Positions 39,333 to 52,116 of a DNA stretch of 64,000 nt are shown in pieces. The stretch comes from Octopus sinensis. Lineage: Eukaryota. The translations under genes were made by a program, and so were the position numbers. The first letter of the stretch is position 1. Each line of letters opens with the position of its first letter. The DNA lies in NCBI RefSeq assembly GCF_006345805.1, contig NW_021832004.1, positions 1 through 64,000 on the forward strand. Direction: 5' to 3'. The notes beneath the pieces are model-generated. The model saw nothing but the letters and a program-made list of their open reading frames with translations, had not been told where the DNA came from and did no database searches.

Positions 39333-41447
39333 TATGCATAAATGAATATACCTTTGGATGTATTTCCTTTGAGAGTTTTAATTCAAATTTCATTTTCTTG
39401 CAAATATATGAATATATTTTGTTTATTTTATTGGATCAGTTAATGTCTAGAGAATGTGTTGTGATACATTATTTCGTTGTGATTGTTTGCAGTGTGTGTT
39501 GTGTAAAATATAAACATTTTATTGGCCAGTGATTATATATGGAATGTTTTGCATGCAGAGAATGGAAAAATTTGAGATGGACGACTAAATTGAAAGTGGC
39601 TTGCGTACGATGTGGGCCGAGTTTAGTTGGATTATCTTTTGGATGGAGAATAACGTTGACATGGGATTTACGATTTTCTTCATATTTTTATCATACCTTG
39701 TGATTCAATTATTATTGATAGCGTTTTCATATTCATACATGCTTCCTGATCATTTTAAATTCATGAAACTTGAACATTTGCAGTTTCTACCCCTCTCACT
39801 GGAAATGCTTCGACAACAAAATAATTGAAATATCAATCAGAGTACAGATATCATTGTTTCATTCCTTGGCAAATTATTTTTGCACAGTTCTCCTTGATGT
39901 CTTTATCTGTCATTCCGCAGTTAATTGTGGTCGGGTCGTTATAATGGATTCTGTTTGATGTTTTATCATTTCTTATCCGTTCTTTTCTTCAAATTGCGAT
40001 CCATGGACATATATTCCTGTCTGGGAACATTATTGGTCTTGGCAAAGGAACGGATCACCGGAAAGGATGTGGTCAACTCTCTCATTATGTTTTTCGTTGT
40101 ATAATCTATGTTCCGCATACAGAAGTCAGTCCTAAAAAGTTCTCCAATAAGTACGTATTAGGCTACATTTCGCTGCGGATGTCTGATAAGACGAAAACAT
40201 GTCCGGATTTAACCCAAAACCTACTAAAAATTAGGTTCGTTCCCCACTGCTTACCTCTACATTATTTTTAATCAATTTCAATTTCAGAATTTCTCTCCCT
40301 TCCATCTCTTAACAACGGTCATCATTTAATCAGATAATTTCCCCCCTCTTCATTACATGCATAATTTCAATTAATTAAATATTCTTCTTGGTTCACTACA
40401 TTCACTCTTTATCCCGCTCTTAATATACGTAATACTTTCACTAAAGCCTCTGAAGTGTCTAGAATGTTCTATTCCAAGAAATACTGAGGCTTCCTATCTC
40501 GTTTGAAACTAATAGAATTTTTTTTTTATTTCTTCATCTCTCCCTTTTTCTATTTCTGCTCCTCTCTTTTTTTATCTCACCCTCACTCCTCCTATCACTC
40601 TCTCTTCTGTTCCCTCTCTTTCTATCCCTCTCCAATTTATCGCATTCCTTCATTATTTCAATGGATAATTTTATGGTGATGTAGTGGTGGTCATCGCCGT
40701 ATTTGTTACTGAATTATGCTTGTAGCACTTCTCTTTCTTATTCCTTTCATCTTTATTGTTTGTAAATTAATGTTAAACGCGAATATGAAATATGAAATTT
40801 TTTTACAAAATAATATGAAATAGGAAATTTTTTACAAAATTTTCGTTGCAGTTCTCTTCTACATCTCACTGACATTTGGAAATGGACGTAAGTAAATTTA
40901 TATCAATATATAGATATATATCTATGAAAATTATGAAAATCACTACTCAAAACTTTAATTTATAAGTTCAGTGGAAGAAAATATTTTCCTTTTCTAAGTA
41001 AATTAGATGAAAAGAAAACTCAAGATAAATCTCGTGTTATGACGAATTCAATTCTTAACATAATTTCCATTGGTGATAATTCAGTTTTCCGTCAGTTTGT
41101 AAGCATTTTGTTAAATAAAACAAAAAGTGCTGGTATTAGGGGACATTCTTTACAACAGACAACCGTTAAACATTATAGCATATAATATGTGAATCATTTA
41201 AATAATAGAATTAATTAAACAACATTTAAGACTCATTCGCAGTCATTTTCATTAAACAGATTATATATCCCAAGATGCTTTGTACCTACAATATGGTAGT
41301 AACAACTTTATTCACTTCTTCCTGGTAAAAATATCAATGCTGATCCTCAAACATTTAATATTCTCTATCTTTATTATTATCTATTTTCACAATGTTTTAT
41401 TTTCGTCTTCGTATTTTGGTTGTTTAATTTGCCTGGCTTTGTTACAG

Positions 41448-41705
41448 TTGAATATCTGAAGTATTTTATGAAAGTACAACACGCCGGTCTGAAAGATGCC
41501 AAAACATTGATGACATTTGACGTGGATGCCTTCAACTGTTCGAAGAGTTGTTTTGAAACTTCTGCATGTAAATCCTTCGTGAGCAGAACGATAAGTCCAA
41601 GCTGTATTTTATACGAAGAAGACTCAACAGAGAGGATGCTAATAAAAATAACTAATACCCATTTTTATCAGTTGAGAAGATCTGTGCCGACCAAGTATAG
41701 AGACG
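41448..41705 (+). CDS. PAN/Apple-domain cassette exon B, right copy, intact (258 nt, phase 1-1)
   Basis: Acceptor ctttgttacag|tt and donor gacg|gtaaac. Translates EYLKYFMKVQHAGLKDAKTLMTFDVDAFNCSKSCFETSACKSFVSRTISPSCILYEEDSTERMLIKITNTHFYQLRRSVPTKYRD. Confidence 0.82.
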
Positions 41706-42599
41706 GTAAACAAATTTGAATCTTTCTGTGTTTATTTCATTCCTTGACACTTGTATTCTATGTTTTAGTCCAATGAGAAACAATACGGTTAGCATTTAAA
41801 AATTGACTGCGATTTCTCTGGTCGATGTAGATAAGAGTGAGTTGAAAAATAATTGTTTGTAGAGTTTTCATTCCGGAGAGTTAAAGTTCTAATAAAGTTT
41901 TTAGTGATATGTTTAGCAGAAAATTTAGAAACGGATTGAGACACAAGATTACCGAGGAGGGAAGAGAAAATGTAAAGTTTTATAAGACCGTTTTGTCATG
42001 TGACTCTCAGAGAATATTCTCAATATATTTGATGATGAAAATAATGCATGTCTGGTGTGTAATATTTGTGTATGGATGACATCAGTTTGTGAGGGAGACG
42101 AAAAGGGATCTTATAAGAAAACAGAATATGATAAGAGTTTTTAAAATTACGCACAATAATTACACAAGATGCTTAACTGAATGTGTAAAACATATTTTGT
42201 TTTTTAAAATATAAATCAAAGAAAATGGGAAAAAAGTAGGGTAACTTACTCACAAATGAATGAAAACCCTCAAACTGGATCAAATCAGAATTGCCCACAA
42301 TCCTGAGTAACACTCTATATTCTCTCTCTCTCTCTCTCCCTTTTTCTATATCTCTTCTTCTCTTCTCTTCTCTCTCTCTCTCTTTCTTTCTCTTTCTCTC
42401 TCACTCATTCATTCTCTCTCCCCCTCCCCTCTCTTTCTTTTCAGTATCTGTCATTCATGTCCAGAGTGCCCCAGAAAGATTTACCCATGTGTAAACCTCT
42501 TCCTAAAGAATATCGGTTCAGGTAATATCTACATTTAACGTAAAGATTTGCTTATGTCTTTTGTTCATGTTTCTATTGTTTCGTTCGTCTAAAACTGGT

Positions 42600-43670
42600 T
42601 TGCAAACAAACATGGCGTCGAAAGTAAAAACATGACCAGATTGTCGCTTTGAGAGCAGCTAGAGTGAGCAACGATGACATAACAAAACGGTTGAATGTGC
42701 GTCGTAAACAGTGTTCAATACCTGGAAACAATATCTGGAGTCCACTACAACTTCTAGCAAGCCAATTCCTGGTAGGAACCGAGCAATTGAAATGTTGAAG
42801 CTGTGAAGAAACGAATGAACGGAAATCCCCGCAGGATGCAAGAAAAGCTGCAAAAGCTCTCTTAATATTTCGAAATCGTCAATGAACAGGATTTTTAAAG
42901 TGGATTTAAAACTTGCTGCAAAAAAGAAACAATCCAAGCGGTCAATTTCAGCAACATCCAAGAAGAAACGGCTCGACAGGGGTAAAACTATGTTAGCTGA
43001 GAAGAAGCGTGCCACTAACAAAGTGTTGATATGGTCTGATGAGAAACTATTCATCGCGGAGGCAGTTTCCAATAGAATGACAGGCTTTATGCATATAATG
43101 CAGGGGACTTGCCCGACGGTAACAGGATTCATATACGCCATCAGAAGACAGCTTCTCTCATAGTGTGGGTTACAGATGCATCAGATGGGTCCAAGTCTCC
43201 ATCGATCTTCATCGATTCTGGGCGTGAAGGATAACAGTAAAGTTTATTTTGAAATGTTGGATGAGATAGTGTTGCCCTGGATCACAGAAACAGTTGGTGA
43301 CCGTTACACCTTCACTCTAGACAGGGCTCCGGCCCACACATCCAATTTGATACAGAGGTGGTTTAAAGAGCATTTCAACGGTTTTGGAGATAAGAATATA
43401 TGGCCTCTCCTAAGTCTGGACGTCAATCCCATGGACTTTGCAATTTGGGGTGTCTGAGAGAGCAGTGTTTCTGCACGTTCCTATTCAAATGTGTCAGAGC
43501 TCAAGAGAGATCTTCTGTCTTTATGGGTCAATTTCTTAATTGCTTTTTTTTTCCCTTTCTGTACATATCATTATGTCTTCTTGGGCTTCTATATTTCTTA
43601 ACGCATCTTGGATTTCATTCAGCCACTCCGCTTCATCACTGAATATTTACCTGATTATCATGGCCTTGCC
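42600..43670 (+). mobile_element. Decayed Tc1/mariner transposase, DD37D/maT-like (left-arm copy ~7,350-8,410, minus)
   Basis: Motifs LIWSDEKLF, YTFTLDRAPAHT and WPLLSLDVNPMDFAIWG. Frameshifted, and TIRs were not found. Confidence 0.75.
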
Positions 43671-45365
43671 AAGGAGGAAAACCTTTTGTTAAAGTTCTAC
43701 TGTGCCCTTTTTCCGGTGTCTTTTATACCTCTCATGGTTCCTTCTGATAATGTCCCCAAGGATCCAGCAATAATTGGGACTATCTTCACCTTCTTCATTT
43801 CCCATAACCGAGGTTTTTCGTACTTAAGATGGTTGTATTTATTTATTTTATCGCCTTCCTACATGACTGTTCGTGAGTCAAAGGAATGTGGAGCATCAAC
43901 GATATAGCATATGCGGTTCACCACCACTATGTCCGGTCTGTTAGCTCTAGCACTTGATCTGTTTGGATTAAGAAATCCCACGTGATTTTGCTAGTCTCCG
44001 ACTCCACCACTCGAACAGGATAGCCAATCTCACCCAGAAATGGGTAGAGAAGAAATTGTCCCCGAAAGGTTGGGTGGAGGTGGCGCATGCATACATAGCT
44101 TCCCTCATCTATTATCACCTGACAGTAGTCCATTGCCCTGCTTTGAAACTGACCAAGCTAGAACGCTTAATATCCCGCCTTCTGTGGAAAGAACGTCTTC
44201 CCCTCGTCATACGGTTCATCTGCTATCAACAGCCACAGAGTGGAGGACTGGGCGTGCTGTGGCTAATGATGCACAGATGTGCGCTGAGGCTACAATATCT
44301 CCAGCATTTTCTTAACGTTGAACAGATGTGGTCACCGTGTGTCAAGTAGGATTTTCTGCTGCTCATCTCATTGACGGAGTTATAGTACTCAATCAAACGT
44401 AGACCCAGAAAGGACGCGTGGAACGTGGAGTGTCAGCAGCGCTCACAGCTTCCTGTCAGTCGGGCAGCGCGGTCAGAGGAAGTTCCACTGCGGTGTTCTA
44501 TAGGGGATTAGTAGCGGGTAAGAATCACGTCGTCCTTGTGGAAACTGGGCGACGGAAGGGATCAACTAACTGATCTTTTCCGGAGGACTATCAGGCCGAA
44601 TCGTATGGATAACTTCCAAAGTTCTATGGCCTGCCTGTGCTATCGGGGAGCTCTGCCGGCTCCAAACGATCTCTGCAGATACAAAAGTGCTGTCAGTCTG
44701 GTTTGTTCGAGGTGTGCGCAGAACGACAAAACCGTCCTGCACGCACTCATTCATTGTCTGAGCATTACTGACTAGTGCAGCTTTGTCAAACGGCTGTTAT
44801 CGCGTGTAGGACAGATCCGGTTATCATCTGAGTCCATCGTGAAGATCGCCACCCTCCTTCCTTCCTTCCTTTGGCCAGGAAGAAAAGACAGTTTTCCTCT
44901 GTCTGGTGGCTATGGTGAAGGCGGTGGACGAAACTGAGAGGACTGAAGGCGAATGCTTTCCTCTTGGGCCAACCCTCATCGACATTTTCAAGTTCCACTT
45001 AAAAAGGTAAGTGAGGGTAGAGAGGGAAGTTCTGCTCCCCAGTAAATTTGATGAAAGGTGGGTGTATGTGGTGAGGATGGTCCGAGTAAAGGGGCCTGCT
45101 CTGAACTTTCTTTTGTAAACCGGAGGGGTTGAGAAGGAGAGAGGCGCCTTCTGAGTAGCACTGGCGGTCGGAATAACCAGGTAGTGTGGGGGGTCTGCGG
45201 TTGTCCCTGTGAGGAGCTAACCCCTTTTGGGGAATTTTTATTGTTCAATTTCTTTTTGTTATTTATTTTCTGTTACTTATTGCATACACGGCATTGTTCA
45301 ACACCCCACTTGTCCATTTGTGTTGTATTGTCCCTATTTTTATAAGAAAGGTCCGATATAAAAAA

Positions 45366-45414
45366 GTATTACTATTATTACTATTATTATTATTACTATT
45401 ATTATTATTATTAC

Positions 45415-45467
<53 letters not shown>
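45366..45467. repeat. (TTA)n microsatellite
   Basis: Seen directly in the sequence. Confidence 0.97.
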
Positions 45468-45729
45468 GAAAACTCACAACTTATTTTGCTGGGTATGATG
45501 GAAAGTGTCAGCTGTCCACAAGCAGCGGACTAAGGTGACACATATTTACTGGTCATGCTTCACGAACCCTGCGAAAAATTCTTGTAGTTCCAAGCAATGG
45601 TGATATTTGTAGGCGTTCTACCTTCACACTTGCACCGATCTTTTTCAGCCATGTTGGTAGTTGAGTACTGATACTTCGAACTGCATCAATTACCCTGGGT
45701 ATCACGTCTACCCTCCTCATTAACCACAA

Positions 45730-45756
45730 CATTATTATTATTATTATTATTGTTGC

Positions 45757-45790
<34 letters not shown>

Positions 45791-45825
45791 ATAATAATAA
45801 TAACTATTATTATTATTATTATTAA

Positions 45826-45865
<40 letters not shown>

Positions 45866-45922
45866 TTTATCCTTATCATTCTTATTGCTATTGTTATTGT
45901 CGTTGTTGTTGTCGTTGACGAC
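45730..45922. repeat. (ATT)n/(GTT)n microsatellite
   Basis: Seen directly in the sequence. Confidence 0.97.
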
Positions 45923-46074
45923 GAGGTAAGACCTGTTTTGAACGCTCCGTCAGTTTGAATTTTTCTTGTGTATTTTTGAAGGTTGTTGACTGTTATGTAA
46001 GTGTTTTTGTTTTCTAAACCCCTATTGGTGTATAGAAGGGATTCTTTTCCACTAAGAGTTCTGACGGTCAGTAC

Positions 46075-46996
46075 CTATTTCTTTACTACCCACAAGGGGC
46101 TAAACACAGAGAGGAGAAACAAGGACAGACAAACAGATTCAGTCGATCATATCAACCCCAGTGCGTAACTGGCACTCAATTTATCGACCCCGAAAGGATG
46201 AAAGGCAAAGTCGACCTCGGCAGAATTTGAACTCAGAACGTAACCGCAGAAGAAATACTTATTTCTTTACTACCCACAAGGGGCTAAACATAGAGGAGAC
46301 AAACAAGGACAGACATAGGTATTAAGTCGATTACATCGACCTCAGTGCGTAACTGGTACTTAATTTATCGACCCCGAAAGGATGAAAGGCAAAGTTTACC
46401 TCGGCGGAATTTGAACCCACAACGTAACGGCGGACGAAATACCTATTTCTTTATTACCCACAAGGGGCTAAACATAGAGGGGACAAATAAGGACAGACAT
46501 AGGTATTAAATCGATTACATCGACCTCAGTGCGTAACTGGTACTCAATTTATCGACCCCGAAAGGATGAAAGGCAAAGTCGACCTCGGCGGGATTTGAAC
46601 TCAGAACGTAACCGCAGAAGAAATACCTATTTCTTTACTACCCACAAGGGGCTAAACATAGGTGGGACAAACAAGGACAGACATAAGTATCAAGTCGATT
46701 ACATCGACCTCAGTGCGTAACTGGTACTTAATTTATCGACCCCGAAAGGATGAAAGGCAAAGTTTACCTCGGCGGAATTTGAACCCACAACGTAACGGCG
46801 GACGAAATACCTATTTTTTTATTACCCGCAAGGGGCTAAACATAGAGGGGACAAACAAGGACAGACATAGGTATTAAGTCGATTACATCGACCTCAGTGC
46901 GTAACTGGTACTCAATTTATCGACCCCGAAAGGATGAAAGGCAAAGTCGACCTCGGCGGGATTTGAACTCAGAACGAAATACGGCAGACGAAATAC
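46075..46996 (-). mobile_element. Five tandem SINE bodies (184,184,184,184,186 bp); the head lies at 52,117-52,177 beyond Tx1-B
   Basis: Junctions at 46,258, 46,442, 46,626, 46,810 and 46,996. Outer TSD at 46,059-46,074 and 52,178-52,193 (2 mismatches). Confidence 0.9.
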
Positions 46997-49900
46997 GAAT
47001 TTCTTTATTGCCCACCGGGGGCCAAACATAGATATGGACAGTACAACTGATGGGATCAGGGAATCGATATGATTTTACATAAATGTGACATTAAAAATAA
47101 AATACAATACATAAAAATCGAATGGAATACACAGTACAAAAACAATACAAATGAAGCGATGATCAAGTTACGCTCCGATCGCACAAGCCCCGATCTACCG
47201 CTGATACCTTTTTATTTTTCCTTTTTTTTTTTTTTTTTCCTCGTCTATTCACACGGTTCCTTGCATGCACAACACTCGTGCAACATACTTCCATCTCTTT
47301 TGGAACGTACACTCTGACAGACACCTCTTCTCCAGCCACAGTTTCCTTTTCAAATGAAAAGAAAAAAAGGATCGTAAATTGTCACCAGAGATAAAGTTGC
47401 CTGTCTTAATTCCTTTAATCCTAGTCTTCCATACAGCCTCTTTTGCTATTGCTACAACCGTGAGAAAACAATTCTTACCTTCGTTCGTTAGAACTCCCGG
47501 TGGGTCAATTTTTATAATTGACTCAGTCGACAGCCGTACTCTTCCTTCGCCGGACAACAGATGTTCAGCATAAGCCCACATTTCAGTTATCTCCGGACAC
47601 TGAACAATAGCGTGAGGGACGGTTTCCCTGTCCCCCCCCGCATCTTGGACAGGTCGGCGACTGACGTTTACCATGTCTTGCGAGCTTATCCCAAACGGGC
47701 AAGGCACCTCTGTAGCATTGCCAGGTTAAGGACTTTTGGAAGTTGTCCAACGTTCTCAACCCGAATGTACGATGAAACAAGCTGTCCAGTTGAATAAATC
47801 CGAGACCTAGAGTCGACCCCAGGCCATCGTCGCATTCAGACTCTACCAACCCACTATATAAAATCCGTGTGGAACCCTCACCGCTGGCGTTGCCCGAGCG
47901 CCGGAACAGCAAGAGGGCCTTACGGCACTCTTTATGCCACTCACTCGACCTCGGTCTACGAGAACACCAGGCTTCCTGTTCGCAAAAACTCTTGAACTCA
48001 GGGAACATTTGTCTGGCCAGCGGAGACCACACCCGTTCACTATCCAGGAGAATCCAGAGGTGCCTCAACCTCAACGCATGTCTGCGCATCATTAACCAAG
48101 GCATCCCTAAACCTCCATTTAAAGGCTTTTGACAGCAGACAGAGCGTTTCACAAGTGGAGACCTGCCCTTCCACAAAAAGCGAAAGAGCTGTCTCTCCAA
48201 CCAACAACACTGTCTGAAGGCATCGACTTGCCAACCCAGGTGCCGAGCTGCAAGCCGACCGACTTTTCCTGGTTAATCTTTGCTCCTGCTACCTCCTCGT
48301 AAGCCTCAATAGTCTTACCTACTTCACGTAGGCGTGCCACTGTGGTTACACTGATAGTGATATCATCCGCGAAAGCCGTAAAAAACTCCTCTAGTCCTGG
48401 TTCTCTCGGGATGCCACTCAACCTTTGCAGTAATGGCTCGAGAGCCATCACATACAAAAGTGGTGAAAGCGGACATCCTTGACGAACCGAGCGTCTGATG
48501 CAGAACGGCTTCGAAAGGAAACCGTTCACCCGAACTATCGAGTCAATGTTGTGGTACAAAGCGATAAACCACCTGAGGAAGCCAAGGCCCAGGCCAAACC
48601 GCGCAATTACAGTCGCTAGGTATCGATGGTCAACCCTATCAAAAGCTTTAGACTGGTCCAAATGCACCAATGCCCCACCTTTGCCAGATTTATTACCAAA
48701 CCTCTCTATGGTATAGCGAATAAGATGGAGGGTATCCTGAATGGTTCTGCCTGGGATGGCACATGTCTGTGCCTCCCCGACTATACCATTCGCGACACGC
48801 GCCAACCTTTTTGCTAGAACCTTGACCAAAATCTTCACTTCTGCGTTTAACAGAGTGATGGGCCTGAAATTCTCTAGAACGTCCCCCTTGTCCGGGTCCT
48901 TTCTGACCAACGTCACTACTCCCCGGCGCACAGATCTGGGGATAAACCCATTCTGTTTCCAGTTCGCGTACACGTCAGTCAGTAGTTGCCCGAACAAGTC
49001 TGGCATACATTTATACAGCTCGTACGGAAGACCATCAAGTCCCGGTGACTTACCCGCTTTACAATCGGCCAAAGCCTCCATCACCTCCTCAGGTGTGATT
49101 GGCCCTTCGCAAGACTCCGCATCCGACCCCGAGAGGCACGGCAGCCCTGTAAGAAAGTCCTCGAGGGCTCTCCCACTACCAGGACCGCCGTCACCCCCGA
49201 ACAGCTGGGCGAAGTACTCCCGAAAGACCTCACACATTTTCTCGGGTTCGTTTATCAAGACACCATTTTGATTCGTCAAAGACCGAATAGAGGAACTATT
49301 TCCTTGCCGAGCTTCCACCACTCGGGCCCATCCAGCGGCTTTGATTCCTTCACTTCCCATTGCACGTAACTTAGCTCTGGTAATACTTCCCATGTGGTGG
49401 GCTTCAAGATGCTGGTTTAACTCCAGTCTTTTCACCCTCGCTTGGTCTGTATTACCAGTCCTCCAGGCTTCTTCTAGTTCCTTAACTAGACCATCTCCTA
49501 TTTTACGTCCCTTCTTAGCTAAACTTATGCTAAACCTAATAGACTCATATTTGATGGCTCTTTTTAGGGCGTGCCACCATTTGTTATTAATGATGGTACC
49601 TGTTAATGCCCTCTGTATTAACATCTTGATCCGCTTTCTGTACTCCTCAATCGCCAAAAGGGACGTATTGAGTTTCCAGTAGCCAGATCCCTGTCTATGC
49701 AACTTATCTACCGTCAGTTTACAGGTAACCATCTTGTGGTCACTGTAGCTGACTAGAAAAAACTGTGGACACTCAACTATGGACTTATCTTTTTCTCTAA
49801 TTAAAATCCTATCTAGATATGTTCTGGTAGACCCGTCACTATTTGACCACGTCCACTGTGGAGTGTTCGAGTGCTCCAACCTATATGGATCTGCTAGCTG

Positions 49901-52116
49901 AAATTGACTTAGCAGATCCCGAAAGCCTGGGTTACATTTTCTGTTCATGTTCGAGTTTGAGCCAACACAATCTGTGTGTGCTGCACATATTGTATTAGAG
50001 TCTCCTAACACTACTAGTGAATGCGACGTGGCTAGGAACTTTCCTAGGCCACGAAAATATTCAGTTTGCGGGCCAATAATGTTTGGTGCGTAAATAGCGA
50101 CCAGCCTGATTGTCTTGCCACAACTGAATGTCAAGTCGAGAACGACCAGCCTGCCTTCTGGGTCAGAAAAAAAACAACTTTTTCTCGGCTACCCGGTTTC
50201 TTTTTAGTAGGACCAACACCCCACCCCCACCTCCCGCCCGACTCGGAGAAACGTATTTCTCGTAGCCGTTCAGGAGGGGGAGCAGATCTCTTGGCCCCTT
50301 CACCCGGGTTTCCGTTGCAACAATTACATCCAAATTTCTCCACCTGATGTCATTCAGAAAGCGTCCTTGCTTCCAGCTTGACAACAGGCCATGAACATTT
50401 AAACAACCAATGTGAATAGCCATCACTTACCTGTTTAATTAGGATTGTCGGGTGGAGGGGGACCCTCCACCTTTTTTTGATCCAGGGTCGGAGGTGGACG
50501 GTCTTGGGAAATAGATTTGTCAAAATCCCGTCTCACCACCGACACAGAATTATCAGGTGGAGGGGGAATCTCCACCTTTTCCTTTCTCGCGGGATCGGAG
50601 CTGGTAATCCCTGAAATATCGACTTGTTAAAATCTAATCTCAATGAAGATACAGTCTTTCTGTACTTATTTGTAGAATTCTATAAGTCTTATTTGAGACT
50701 TCATATATGTCGTATTGATAAATTCCTCTGAAAGGTTATCAATTTTTTTTACAGTCTTTATGAGTTGAATGTCTCTCATGAGCTCAGTATCTTTAGTGTA
50801 TACGGCTATTATGCCTTTTTCTTCTTTTTCTCTTCTGGCAGTCTTTTTGGTCGTTGTTCTGTAGTAGTCGCCGCTCTCAGTTGAGTTGCTGGTAGTTTCC
50901 TTTGTTTGTTGTTTTTTCTCATCTGTTTCTTCTTTTTCATCTTCCTCTTTGTCTTTTTTCTCTCCTTCCTCCTCTTCCTCATTTTCCTTGCAGTTCCTTC
51001 GAATGTGGCCTAATTGACTACATAAAAAACATCGAGATTTTCGGCTCTCAAAAACACCACGAGGTTCTCCTCCCCTACCTCAATTGTCTCGGGAATTGCT
51101 TGAATTATTTTAGGGTCCGCTTGAATAAGGAGATTAATGTTTTGACCATCCCAGTGTGTGTTTTCGGTAGCGGTAGCCTGGAGGAGAGTAATTTTTTCTT
51201 CCTCTTTGATCAGGACTGCCGCCAACAACCACATAGGGTCCACTTCCGTGGGACCATTGTAATTTTATTCTGGACGTTCTCATCCCATATATAGGAGATA
51301 AGCTCCACGTCGTTGGTTTTCAGCGTTTCTACTGAGTTCTTTTGTGCTATTTCTTATTGGTGAACCTTACTTCCACCGTTCCGAATTTCTTGCCTCTTCT
51401 CAGATAAACTATGTCGTCCCATATTGGCTTTAAGCACTTTTCTATTTCTCTTCTGACATTCTTTCATTTTTTTCTTTTTTGTAGACAATATGTTTTGAAA
51501 ATTAAAGTTTTTTGGTTTTTTTCTTGTAATAACTTTTCCGGAGGTTCAATTTTCACAACGTTGTCAGTTATTTTCATCATTTGGCTATATTTCATAAAGT
51601 CGCTCTTATTCGTCGACAGCAGCCAGATTCCACTCCCAGCTGCCAACGCAAAACATTTTTTCCCATTTTTGGTTCTGTCTGGATGCTAGGCACATCAATT
51701 ACTCTTTTCGACACAGTGCCTTTGTTCTCTGGCAAAGTCGGAAACTCTTCTGGTGATAGTTCTGACGAGCTTTCAGACACATCTCCAAAAAAATCAAATA
51801 TATTATCTATTCTGCTATTCTTTCTTGTAGCGAGGGAAACCCTTATTTCCCTGTCTGTAGTTGGCTCCTCGCCGGACATGTATTTCCTCCTCTCAACAGG
51901 AGAAACAAGTATTCTGCTCCAACGGCAGGCTCTATGCTAGACGACATTCTTCCCCCTAAAGGGGGAATGAACAACGCGTGCTACTACAAGCACTAAGTGT
52001 TTTCAAATAAAAACTCCAACAGTTAAGTTATTCAACAGTTTAACAAGAAAAACACAGTTATTAACAATATTAACACCAAGAAGAAACAGCAACTTTTACC
52101 ACGAACACATGTGTGA
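46997..52116 (-). mobile_element. Full-length Tx1/L1-clade LINE 'Tx1-B' (5,120 bp) inserted inside the SINE
   Basis: ORF1 pieces lie at ~51,947-50,900 with the CCHC knuckle CFLCSQLGHIRRNC. ORF2 runs from 50,426 (GCLNVHGL...ETRV, APE), through a 661-aa EN+RT segment (RQGCPLSP, FADD), to a C-terminal CPRC...H...C. It has a few frameshifts. The 12-bp TSD is at 46,985-46,996 and 52,117-52,128. Confidence 0.92.

Noticed and set aside
41392-41447. ATG plus hydrophobic stretch upstream of exon B as a leader
   Set aside because: The ATG is out of frame with the PAN domain in both arms, and the stretch is the intron's pyrimidine tract.
48498-49682. Plus-strand ORFs opposite Tx1-B ORF2 (and similar ones opposite Tx1-E) as antisense genes
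   Set aside because: These are the shadow ORFs expected opposite GC-rich coding sequence and show no independent domain signal.
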